A stretch of 64,000 nucleotides of DNA. Origin: Caldilineaceae bacterium (lineage in GTDB: Bacteria; Chloroflexota; Anaerolineae; Caldilineales; Caldilineaceae). The notes under the pieces are model-generated. The model saw only the letters and a program-made list of their open reading frames with translations. It did no database searches and was not told the DNA's origin. The stretch lies in assembly GCA_026708085.1 (NCBI GenBank), contig JAPOVP010000189.1, forward strand, positions 13,834-77,833. The letters are read 5' to 3'. Of the stretch, positions 11,681 to 19,797 are shown in pieces; within the stretch, counting starts at the first letter, position 1, and every line of letters begins with the position of its first letter. The translations under genes and the position numbers were made by a program.

Positions 11681-12559
11681 TTACTTCTCTCCTGTTGCCC
11701 GGAAGTTCCTCGTTTCTTCAGCCAACAGCGACTCGATTAGATCTCGTGAACATCCAGCTATCACCGTGCTCTGCTCGAATACGCTCCTGTTGATTGCCCG
11801 GATGTGTCTGTCGTTTAAGGAAACTATCTTGTCAATCTCTCCAGGACAAGGGGAAACGGCCACGTCGCGAGCGAGCGGTAACCAGAGTTCCACTGTAGGA
11901 TCAGCCAAGTGAGACCGTTCAGGATGCGACATCTTCACGACAGGGTTGCTTCCAATAATGACACCTCGCTTTGGTTTCGGCTTCCGGATTACGGCAACGC
12001 CAATCCGTTTCTCCAAGAAGATTTCAACCCCCTCTTTAGAAAGCGGCTTTTGTACACTCTGGATGCTGATGTTCCTCCAGAGCCTTTCCATCTTTTCTTC
12101 ATCGTGCAGTACTGACAGTTCATGATCAGCAAATGGTCGGAAATGTCCTATGAAATCGATCTCTCTGCGTATTTCTTGAAAAATCTCTTCCTTATGCTTC
12201 TCCCGCATCTCCGGCACGCGTTTGAATTGAACGTAGAGGAATGCCACCCAGATGTCCCTTTCAGCCGGCAACAAGCTGGGAGGGCCTCCCCGCCTGGCAG
12301 TACTCACAATCTTTTCGATCACTGGACTTGCATCGCTCTCAAGACGCGAGAGGAACTCTGTCTCCACGGACGCGTCCCGTGTTCCATCCTCTTCCATCTG
12401 GGTGTAAAGATGTCGCTTAAAGAATAGGTTTTTCGGAGCCCTTTTGCGAATACCTCTGCTTGGATGGCTCTTATCATAGGCGTATAAATTGCCCTCTTCA
12501 TCCGTGAATCGTTTCAACAGCATCCGAGGAATGTAGTGTTGGTCTTTGGGTACACTCAT
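11681..12559 (-). CDS. DUF4238 domain protein
   Basis: The N-terminus, KDQHYIPRMLLKRFTDEEG, matches the HY(I/V)PxxxLxxF start of DUF4238. Confidence 0.7.
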   Translation of the reverse strand: MSVPKDQHYIPRMLLKRFTDEEGNLYAYDKSHPSRGIRKRAPKNLFFKRHLYTQMEEDGTRDASVETEFLSRLESDASPVIEKIVSTARRGGPPSLLPAERDIWVAFLYVQFKRVPEMREKHKEEIFQEIRREIDFIGHFRPFADHELSVLHDEEKMERLWRNISIQSVQKPLSKEGVEIFLEKRIGVAVIRKPKPKRGVIIGSNPVVKMSHPERSHLADPTVELWLPLARDVAVSPCPGEIDKIVSLNDRHIRAINRSVFEQSTVIAGCSRDLIESLLAEETRNFRATGEK

Positions 12560-12729
12560 GGTTTGTTCTCGATTGCTTCACCATCAGTCGATCTCTTGTC
12601 TGCGTTCCACTTCTCTGTCCGCAACTCACCGGGAAGAGGGTTCGGCCGAATAGCGACACTCCAACCGAGGCCCTCTAGCCTACCGAGCGCGGCCTGCTCG
12701 ACATCAGCTTCGATGATAGTCTCTGTCAC
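12556..12729 (-). pseudogene. 5' stub of a second hsdR gene (~40 authentic codons)
   Basis: A GTG overlaps the SIR2 stop (GTGA). It translates as VTETIIEADVEQAALGRLEGLGWSVA...PGELRTE, parallel to the N-terminus of the 1..1634 HsdR ([22 protein letters not shown]). The frame then degenerates and stops on the DUF4238 ATG (ATGA). Confidence 0.6.
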
Positions 12730-14516
12730 CAGTAAATCCTCATGGATTGAGCAGCTCCAACAACAAACTCCCTGAACTGTTGAACCGCCACCGCGCACTC
12801 CTCAGGAGTTTCGCCAAAAAGATCACTTGTTACGTAAAGCGACTCATGTTGGTGCGTGGAAATAGATTCTTCAATCTCTCGTAGAATCCGTTCCTTGGTT
12901 TGGAATCGCCAGACATATCGGCCAAGAGGTGTCCAATACCTATACCATGGTTCCGCCTTCTTATCGTCGTGGTATGCATAGCTCAATGCCATCAGGATTT
13001 CCAGTTTATCGAACAACGAATCAAATTGTTCGCTGTTATACGCTGTGTTGCCAATGTGCTGTCGCATAGCCTCGTGTATCCAATCACTAAGCGGTGTATG
13101 CCGATCCTTCATTCCCTCTAGTATTTGCATCACCTCTCGTGGACTATTGAAAACTAGATGAAAGCCTTTAAATACTCCATTTGGTGTAAGAAGATGTGAG
13201 ACGGCTTTTGTTTCGTCATTCGTTTGAATTTCAGTAGAAAGTATGTGACCCAGGAAGTGAAGCCGATCGGTGGAGAGCGCCCCCAAGCCTAGCGCATAAA
13301 GTACCAGTGTCGCTGGATATCGTTGCAGCCCAAGCCACATTAACTGGCCGTCCAGATGAGGCACTGTGGCCAGCCTTTCTAAAATACGTCGCCAGTTGTC
13401 GTAATGGGCCTCCTTGGCCCACCGACCTCCAGTCGCTGCCATAGCGAGGAGCGTCGAGCAGGCCGCCTCGTAAGCCCGAACGCGCTCTGTTACTGTCTCT
13501 GTATTTGGCTCAGGACTGTTCACGTCAAAAAATGGCGTGGATACTGACTCAACCACTCTCGTGACAGATTCTTCAATCAAATCCGAAAGACGTATTTCGT
13601 AACGCGGCTCAGGAAGGTAACGCTTCAAACTCGCGACTGCAGCCTGGGTCGACAGCGGATGAGGCTGCGAGAACTGTTCGATGGACTCGACCTTCTCCTG
13701 CACATTCTGAAAGAACCTGTCAGCATCCTGAATGTCAATCACCTGGGCTTGACGATGACTTATGAGCCGCTGAGCTTCACCTCTAGGCTGCCCATATGCT
13801 GCCCAGTAGGTAGTAAAACGCCGGGATGGAGCCCGAAACATGGCGTCGCGCAGGGCGGCATCCCATTCCGCTGACCAACCGCACACAATAAGCCCGAACT
13901 CATCGAAGATCCTGTCAAGAAGCTGGTTGAATTCATCCGGGTATTCGCTCAGTTCGGAGGGCGTGTTGCGAATACGAGGATCAAGGTAATCGCCGTGCAG
14001 CTTGATCAAACAATGCTGCGTGTGAACAAGAGGAACCATGCCTTGGATTTGGTCTTCAGAACTTATCACAACTGGCTCAACGCCTGTTTCTTCCAGAGCC
14101 TTCTCTATCAGTCGGTCAAAATTCGTTGTAATGATTACCCTGACGAAACCCTGAGCAACCAGCCACGCAATCGCCTTGTGGGCCGCCGTGGGTTGTTTGA
14201 TGCCTTCTCCACGCTCTTGGTCATTCGGTTCGATGTACGGGTGCAACAGCTTTTGCCGTTCAGCCCGAGCCTTGGCAAGGGTGCCGACGAGCTTCGAGTA
14301 GTCCGGGTCTTCTTCGTACTTCTCACGGTACCACTCCTCTGGGTCAGGTTCAGCTGACTCACCTGCCGCAGCTGCTAACTTACGAATCAGGTCAAGCGTT
14401 ATGTCCCAACCCGTCGGAATCTGAGCAGATCTGGATACACCTGAGCCGATAAGTAGCGCGTATACGCCGCGATTAGCCTGAATCGAAAACGCCAGGGAAT
14501 CGATAGGATCAATCAT
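12726..14516 (-). CDS. SIR2-family (SIR2_2-type) protein
   Basis: 596 aa with ALLIGSGVSRSAQIPTGWDITLDL, VIITTNFDRLIEKALEE and LIKLHGDY. It overlaps the hsdS stop by 8 nt. Confidence 0.8.
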   Translation of the reverse strand: MIDPIDSLAFSIQANRGVYALLIGSGVSRSAQIPTGWDITLDLIRKLAAAAGESAEPDPEEWYREKYEEDPDYSKLVGTLAKARAERQKLLHPYIEPNDQERGEGIKQPTAAHKAIAWLVAQGFVRVIITTNFDRLIEKALEETGVEPVVISSEDQIQGMVPLVHTQHCLIKLHGDYLDPRIRNTPSELSEYPDEFNQLLDRIFDEFGLIVCGWSAEWDAALRDAMFRAPSRRFTTYWAAYGQPRGEAQRLISHRQAQVIDIQDADRFFQNVQEKVESIEQFSQPHPLSTQAAVASLKRYLPEPRYEIRLSDLIEESVTRVVESVSTPFFDVNSPEPNTETVTERVRAYEAACSTLLAMAATGGRWAKEAHYDNWRRILERLATVPHLDGQLMWLGLQRYPATLVLYALGLGALSTDRLHFLGHILSTEIQTNDETKAVSHLLTPNGVFKGFHLVFNSPREVMQILEGMKDRHTPLSDWIHEAMRQHIGNTAYNSEQFDSLFDKLEILMALSYAYHDDKKAEPWYRYWTPLGRYVWRFQTKERILREIEESISTHQHESLYVTSDLFGETPEECAVAVQQFREFVVGAAQSMRIYW

Positions 14517-15828
14517 GCTGACGCTGTCTCCGTGGCGTTACTTGCAGTTTTCCACTGATAAGCATCGGCAGCAGTAAATTGCGCTGGGCAGCTAGAGTTA
14601 TATTGTCGTTTCGTGCCCGCAACAGAATAATTGGCTCAATGACTTCGGTGAATCTGTCCAACAATTCATCTCCCGGCCAAGTGATACTCTCTTCTTGTAA
14701 GAATTGTTTAGTCTGGAAATTCGCGATACCCGTACTTTGCAGTTGGTAGTACCACATCTTTCCTATCGAGTATATGAAATCAAGATGCCCTGACGCAATC
14801 AGCGCTTCCCTCCAACTATGCGGTCTAAACCTCCTGCAAAAGCTAGCACATACGACAGTCCCTTGGAACCTTTCGAGCACGTCCTGTGTAATGAGCACAG
14901 AACGACCTGTTGACTGAGTTGGACTACCTCCAGAGACTTCAATAACAATATCTCCATTTCTGAGCCTTCGTCTCTCTGCTTTTTTCTTCGTTGTGTGTCT
15001 TAGTGGTACTGACCCCGTCCCACCGTTGGAGAGAGAGGACAGATCAGTCCCACGGACAATCGAAACCGGCTCGGTATGTACTCCGTCCGGGGCTTCCTTG
15101 CCCCAGTCACCTCCTATGACATCTTCAAGCAAACTTCCGAATTCCTTCACCTCCCACCCCGCCGGAATCTTCCCCAACTCCGAATCGACCATCCTATCGG
15201 GGAACAACTCGTACAACTCCGCCGGCATCCCCGGCAGCGACTCCCCCCTGCGCCAGCGCCCCTCCATCTTCGCCCGCACCGGCCCGAAATCCACGAACCA
15301 GCACTTGAACAGCGCCCGCGCCATCTCCTCCAGCGTCTCGTTCATCCGCCGGTTCAACTCAATCTTGTCATCAAGCGTGCCGAGGATGTGCGCGATGATG
15401 CGTTGTTCGTGGAGGGGAGGAACGTCAACCAAAGCCTGGTGCAAATGATTGCGGTTCAGGCCCGGAACCGCTGCCTTGTCCGAGTATGCGGAAAAATCAA
15501 TGCTACTTAGAAAATAGGCAATGAAACGGGGATCGTTTCCCTTAAAGTCTCGGACATACAGAGTTGTATTGAGCGGCCAGAAATCCTCCGGCACATAGAA
15601 AACCTTACCCAGCGTCCCGTATCTTCCGGTTACGACTCCCGGCCCTCTGGCCTTAGCCTCTGCGTGAGAATCAGTGATACCAGACGACGAAATCAGAGGA
15701 ATCAAACCCTTGACCCGCTCACGCCGCGGCAGGTCGTACCCTCTCTTTAGTTCTACCACTTCCCCCAAAGTGGCTCGACGCCATTGAACTGTCCCTTCAT
15801 CTCCGTCTGAACCTACTCCTCTTTCCAT
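14509..15828 (-). CDS. hsdS: Type I R-M specificity subunit (HsdS)
   Basis: 439 aa with two target-recognition halves. Typical segments are LGEVVELKRGYDLP and the conserved central/C-terminal helices (LHEQRIIAHILGTLDDKIELNRRMNETLEEMARALFK; AAQRNLLLPMLISGKL). Confidence 0.85.
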   Translation of the reverse strand: MERGVGSDGDEGTVQWRRATLGEVVELKRGYDLPRRERVKGLIPLISSSGITDSHAEAKARGPGVVTGRYGTLGKVFYVPEDFWPLNTTLYVRDFKGNDPRFIAYFLSSIDFSAYSDKAAVPGLNRNHLHQALVDVPPLHEQRIIAHILGTLDDKIELNRRMNETLEEMARALFKCWFVDFGPVRAKMEGRWRRGESLPGMPAELYELFPDRMVDSELGKIPAGWEVKEFGSLLEDVIGGDWGKEAPDGVHTEPVSIVRGTDLSSLSNGGTGSVPLRHTTKKKAERRRLRNGDIVIEVSGGSPTQSTGRSVLITQDVLERFQGTVVCASFCRRFRPHSWREALIASGHLDFIYSIGKMWYYQLQSTGIANFQTKQFLQEESITWPGDELLDRFTEVIEPIILLRARNDNITLAAQRNLLLPMLISGKLQVTPRRQRQHD

Positions 15829-15982
15829 GGCTAAATGGCCTCGCCCTTGCTCCCCTCTACAAATTATCTGGATGGAATAGCACGGTCATCTCAGCTTGGC
15901 CCCGATAACCAGACCACGAGCTAAAGTGAATAATGGAACTACTGACCCAGCATGGGTATCACTGTAGACAGGTTTGCAAATG

Positions 15983-17428
15983 TCAAAAAGCTAGTATTTC
16001 CTCCTTGCGGATGTCTGCATGTTCAGGGGAAAAATAGGCCTGGAAAAACTGGAAGTCAGAACGCTCATTCGCTTGACATTTCCTTTGGATGACATCAATT
16101 ATGTTCAGCTTATCCTGATCGGACGTTCTGATTCCAAAGATGATTCCTTTCAAAGAGTCGAACTTATAGGTCAAGGCGCGACGACATTCGTCCAATGATG
16201 AGTCCAACAGTCCATGTAGGATGAGGCGACATTCCTGTTCATATTCCCAGTCTTTATTCTTGATGGAAATATCGCGCTGGAAGTCTTTCCAATGTTCTCC
16301 CCGCCAAGATTCTTCCTCTTTGCCAGAGGTAAAGTGAGTCGCACAGTCCGAAATATGGCCTTTCGCATCCGTATACCAAAGCTTCATGAGTGCGGGAACC
16401 GGCAAGACGCCCATATTACGAAGGAAGTCAATGGTGGCTGGTCTTTCAGAGTAGCTGACATCTTGAAAATACATTGGGGCATAGCTCCAGTGCTCTTTGT
16501 AATCGCCCTTTGCGTTGAACTGCCGACCCGTTAATCGTTTCAATTCCAAGCTACTTCCGTCGGCAGATTCGACGGCCTCAAAGATCAAGCATACCCCTGC
16601 GTGTCCATCGCCGTAATGTGCCCATACGGAGGGATTGTGATAACTCTTCGCAAAACATGCAGCATACCACTCGGGCCAAAGCAGTTTGTCAAGCTGGTTG
16701 ACATAGATGCTGGGAAAATCCAGTAGCAATAGCTGTTGGTTTTTCGTCACCGGATTTGAAAAGGCATCGCGGAAAATGTATTTGTGCTTTAGTCGTTGCC
16801 CCTCTATCAATCGGTACAGAGCTGAAAACATCACATCAGTGCGGTTACCAAGCTCTGCTTCGACCTGCAAAACAAGCTCGACGACACTATTGACTGCCGG
16901 TTTGAATTTACGAAATGTACTTTCAAGTTGGGATAGCTCTTCTTCAGGCGCGAGCCCTTTGTCAGCCCATGCTCTCTGGATTATCGATATGACCTCCAGA
17001 TGGATCAATCTGAGGTAGAACAAGAGTTCATCGCGTCTTACCTCTCGCTTCACAGTAGCAAGCTTCCCGCTCAGCTCTGAAAGGCCTAGCTCCTCGTGGG
17101 TTCTCTTCCATATGTCATCGAAGAGTTCCCCCATTTGGGGAGTTGTCGGCTCGTCCCACCGACCCAATATCGGAATGTGACCGGCTCTTAGCTCTTCCTC
17201 ACTGCCAAGAATTTTGAAAATAACGTAGCTCTGGTGCAGACAAAATACATAATGCTTAAAAAAGTTCGTCCATACAATTTCATCTCCGCGCCACACTAGA
17301 TCCCGAAGACCCTCCATGGGGTCATTAAGCTGCTCCGGGCTGGCAAAGAAGATTGTCTGTCGTTCTAGCTCGCTGGTATCTCCACATATTAGCCGCCTCG
17401 TGCTCCTGAACCTGTAGACCTCTGTCAT
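15983..17428 (-). CDS. DUF2971 domain protein
   Basis: 481 aa with IFFASPEQLNDPMEG and WEYEQECRLIL. Its ATG overlaps the stop of the truncated HepT frame. Confidence 0.7.
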   Translation of the reverse strand: MTEVYRFRSTRRLICGDTSELERQTIFFASPEQLNDPMEGLRDLVWRGDEIVWTNFFKHYVFCLHQSYVIFKILGSEEELRAGHIPILGRWDEPTTPQMGELFDDIWKRTHEELGLSELSGKLATVKREVRRDELLFYLRLIHLEVISIIQRAWADKGLAPEEELSQLESTFRKFKPAVNSVVELVLQVEAELGNRTDVMFSALYRLIEGQRLKHKYIFRDAFSNPVTKNQQLLLLDFPSIYVNQLDKLLWPEWYAACFAKSYHNPSVWAHYGDGHAGVCLIFEAVESADGSSLELKRLTGRQFNAKGDYKEHWSYAPMYFQDVSYSERPATIDFLRNMGVLPVPALMKLWYTDAKGHISDCATHFTSGKEEESWRGEHWKDFQRDISIKNKDWEYEQECRLILHGLLDSSLDECRRALTYKFDSLKGIIFGIRTSDQDKLNIIDVIQRKCQANERSDFQFFQAYFSPEHADIRKEEILAF

Positions 17429-17574
17429 GCTCGTCCGACTCCTTGCTCTTGACCTGCGGTCCTCAGCATCGCGGCCCGCCGATAATTTTCGAACGTCTTT
17501 CCCGCGAGGAACACAACCAGCAGAACCGCCGCCAGCCGAATGTCATAAAGATATTTCAGCGCTTCAATCCGCAT
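17425..17574 (-). pseudogene. HepT (DUF86 HEPN toxin) 5' fragment, truncated
   Basis: MRIEALKYLYDIRLAAVLLVVFLAGKTFENY resembles the first ~35 aa of DUF86. There is no Rx4H region, and the frame ends at the DUF2971 start codon. Confidence 0.45.
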
Positions 17575-17905
17575 AAAGCTGCGTCCTGCTCTCCTCAACG
17601 CGTTGGCGGAAGTAAGGGTTCCGGATCGCCGAATCGACAATCAAGGCAACAGGGCCGCCGAAGAGCGTATCCAGACCCTCCAGCAGCCCGAAATAGGCAT
17701 CGTTATTGGCTCCCGCCGGCAAGGGCCAGAACTCCACCAGGAAATCCAGATCGCTGGCCCCCTCTCGATGATCGCCCGAAACGCCTGAGCCAAACAGGTC
17801 CAGCCGCCGAACATGGAACAGGACGCAAAGTTCCTCCAATTCGGCGGCTCGCTCGGAGATGGCCGTAACTGTAACCTTCTCTCCTTCAGGCTGTTTGCAG
17901 CTCAA
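17564..17905 (-). CDS. MNT-type nucleotidyltransferase (antitoxin of a HEPN/MNT pair)
   Basis: VRRLDLFGSGVSGDHREGASDLDFLVEF is the GS(x)n D-x-D nucleotidyltransferase motif. Confidence 0.75.
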   Translation of the reverse strand: MSCKQPEGEKVTVTAISERAAELEELCVLFHVRRLDLFGSGVSGDHREGASDLDFLVEFWPLPAGANNDAYFGLLEGLDTLFGGPVALIVDSAIRNPYFRQRVEESRTQLYAD

Positions 17906-19100
17906 ACTGCACTCTCACCTTGCCGCTGCCGACCAGCTGCGACAGCAGCCGGTAGTTCCCCCGCTCGTGGCGCACGCGGCCGGCCACCACCGCCGGATGC
18001 ACGCCGGCTTCCCGGGCGAGGTCGTAGACCGCCAGTATCGTCGCTCTCTCCTGCACCGGGCTGAACGCCCATACCTCCGGCGGGATCAGCGCGTCCCGCG
18101 CCGTTCTGTCAGCCTCCTCCTCAAGCGGGTCCTCTCCGGTCAACGAGAGATCGTCGATGAAAAGCTCGTTCTCATCGCAGTCGAGATGGCGGCCCACGTG
18201 GGCCAGCTCGTGCATCAGGCTGAACCAGAAATTGTCGATGCGGTCGTAGCGCAGCGTCAGGCCGATGACCGGGCGGCCATTCTGGAGACACAGCGCCGCG
18301 CCGTCCAGATGCGTGCGCGGCAGATGGCGCTCGATCACAAGGGCGATGCCATGGTCGGCTAGGCGCGCCTGCGCGCGCCGCGGGCCGTCTTCGTAGACGC
18401 TCAATTGAGCGACCTCTCGCATGAACGCGTCCGTAACAGTGCCCGGCTTGTAGGGGCGCCCCTTGTGGGCGCCCGCGTTGGCGAGTCCCAGAACCCGCCA
18501 GCACCAGGCCCGCAGCGCGTAGGGGTTGGTCTTCGCGTTGATGCGGCGCTGGCCGTTCTTGCGGTAAAGAGGAATGGCGGTGACCTGCGTTCCCCCGGCT
18601 TGCTCAATCAGAGCGCGCAGCAACTTTTCCCCGTGCTCGCTCAGATTTCGACGTTTGGGAATCCAGCCGCGCTTCGCCATCTCCTTCAATGGAAAGCGGC
18701 GCGGGTCGATTTCGTCAGAGGTGAGATCGATCTCCGCGCCGGATCTCTGAAGAAGCACGTCCGCAGGGATGCCAAGATGCTCGTGCAAGGCGCGCGCCAT
18801 CGACATGGTGAGATCACGCTTTCCGGAAAGGACCTCCGCGACCTTGGCGCTACTGCCAATATAAGGGATGAGATCCCTCTGACTCAGGTTGGCCTGGTCC
18901 ATTCGGAACTCGATAGCAGAGATAGGATCGGGCAACCCAATCGGGTAGTGTTTGTCCTCGTAAGACTCGACAAGGTCAGCCAGTTCGTCCAGCTCTTCCC
19001 CTTCGGCAGTGCCCTTTTCCGCGCCAAATATTTCGTCGATTCGCGCCAGAGCCGCTTCGTATTCCTCCTCTGTTCTGATTGATCTGAATTCTAGACTCAT
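17886..19100 (-). CDS. higA: HigA-like HTH antitoxin fused to an ImmA/IrrE zinc metallopeptidase domain
   Basis: The N-terminus (MSLEFRSIRTEEEYEAALARIDEIF...LSQRDLIPYIGSSAKVAEVLSGKRDLT) is HigA/XRE-like. The C-terminal part has HELAHV (HExxH). The start is chosen at 19100, where GGGGG lies 5 nt upstream; 19112 is also possible. Confidence 0.8.
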   Translation of the reverse strand: MSLEFRSIRTEEEYEAALARIDEIFGAEKGTAEGEELDELADLVESYEDKHYPIGLPDPISAIEFRMDQANLSQRDLIPYIGSSAKVAEVLSGKRDLTMSMARALHEHLGIPADVLLQRSGAEIDLTSDEIDPRRFPLKEMAKRGWIPKRRNLSEHGEKLLRALIEQAGGTQVTAIPLYRKNGQRRINAKTNPYALRAWCWRVLGLANAGAHKGRPYKPGTVTDAFMREVAQLSVYEDGPRRAQARLADHGIALVIERHLPRTHLDGAALCLQNGRPVIGLTLRYDRIDNFWFSLMHELAHVGRHLDCDENELFIDDLSLTGEDPLEEEADRTARDALIPPEVWAFSPVQERATILAVYDLAREAGVHPAVVAGRVRHERGNYRLLSQLVGSGKVRVQFELQTA

Positions 19101-19242
19101 CGTTTCCCCCATTTCTCCTCTCTTGCGTGCTGACCGTGGTGAGACCAGCAGGTTGTCTGCACGCAAAAACGGGACGCTCCTCCTCTCGCTTCCTCTAATG
19201 ACCCCATTTCCCCGGGAACCCATATGTCACATGCAGCCTGAA

Positions 19243-19536
19243 TTACACCTCCTTTGCGTCGATCAGGTCGTACTCTGGATGGGTTCCGATGAATCGAATG
19301 TAGACCTGGTGGTACTGGTAGTTAACCCTCACGATCAGTCGAAACTGATTGTTTCCAATATCAAAGACTACCCGACTGTCGCCAACAAAGCTGGCCTTCT
19401 GATATCTTGCTTTCAAATCGTGTGGCGTATCCCAAACTTCCTGTTTAACCTCCCTATACCAGGTCTCCAACGGGCGCTTGGCGTCAGGGTGCCGCTCCCA
19501 AAATTCCCTCAATGTTTTCTTGGCAATTATCCTCAT
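19243..19536 (-). CDS. higB: HigB-family mRNA interferase toxin
   Basis: MRIIAKKTLREFWERHPDAK...FDIGNNQFRLIVRVNYQYHQVYIRFIGTHPEYD is a classic HigB sequence pattern. Confidence 0.85.
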   Translation of the reverse strand: MRIIAKKTLREFWERHPDAKRPLETWYREVKQEVWDTPHDLKARYQKASFVGDSRVVFDIGNNQFRLIVRVNYQYHQVYIRFIGTHPEYDLIDAKEV

Positions 19537-19797
19537 TTTGAATAAAAAATCTCCCGTAACAGTAACTTAATAATACAATGCAAAAAAACATCTTGATAAT
19601 ACGCTCCCAATAATAACAGTTTATTAAACGCTCGTCAAATTGATTCGTTGGTGGGGTGAAGATAAAAGGGAGGGGGTTGGGGCAAACTTCTGGTCACGAC
19701 ACGGGCTGCGGGCGAGACGCCCGCGATCCCAGGAGGTTCTCCCCAGTTCTGGGCTATGCCCATTGGGGATTGCTCTGACTACCCCGGAATTCAGATG

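Noticed and set aside
12730-12798. The N-terminal extension of ORF 12556..12798 (MRGGGSTVQGVCCWSCSIHEDLL).
   Set aside because: It lies inside the SIR2 coding region in another frame. Only the part from the GTG at 12729 resembles HsdR.
19713-19729. The GCGGGC-GAGAC-GCCCGC hairpin downstream of hsdM, considered as a terminator.
   Set aside because: No U-tract follows on the relevant strand. It is left unannotated.
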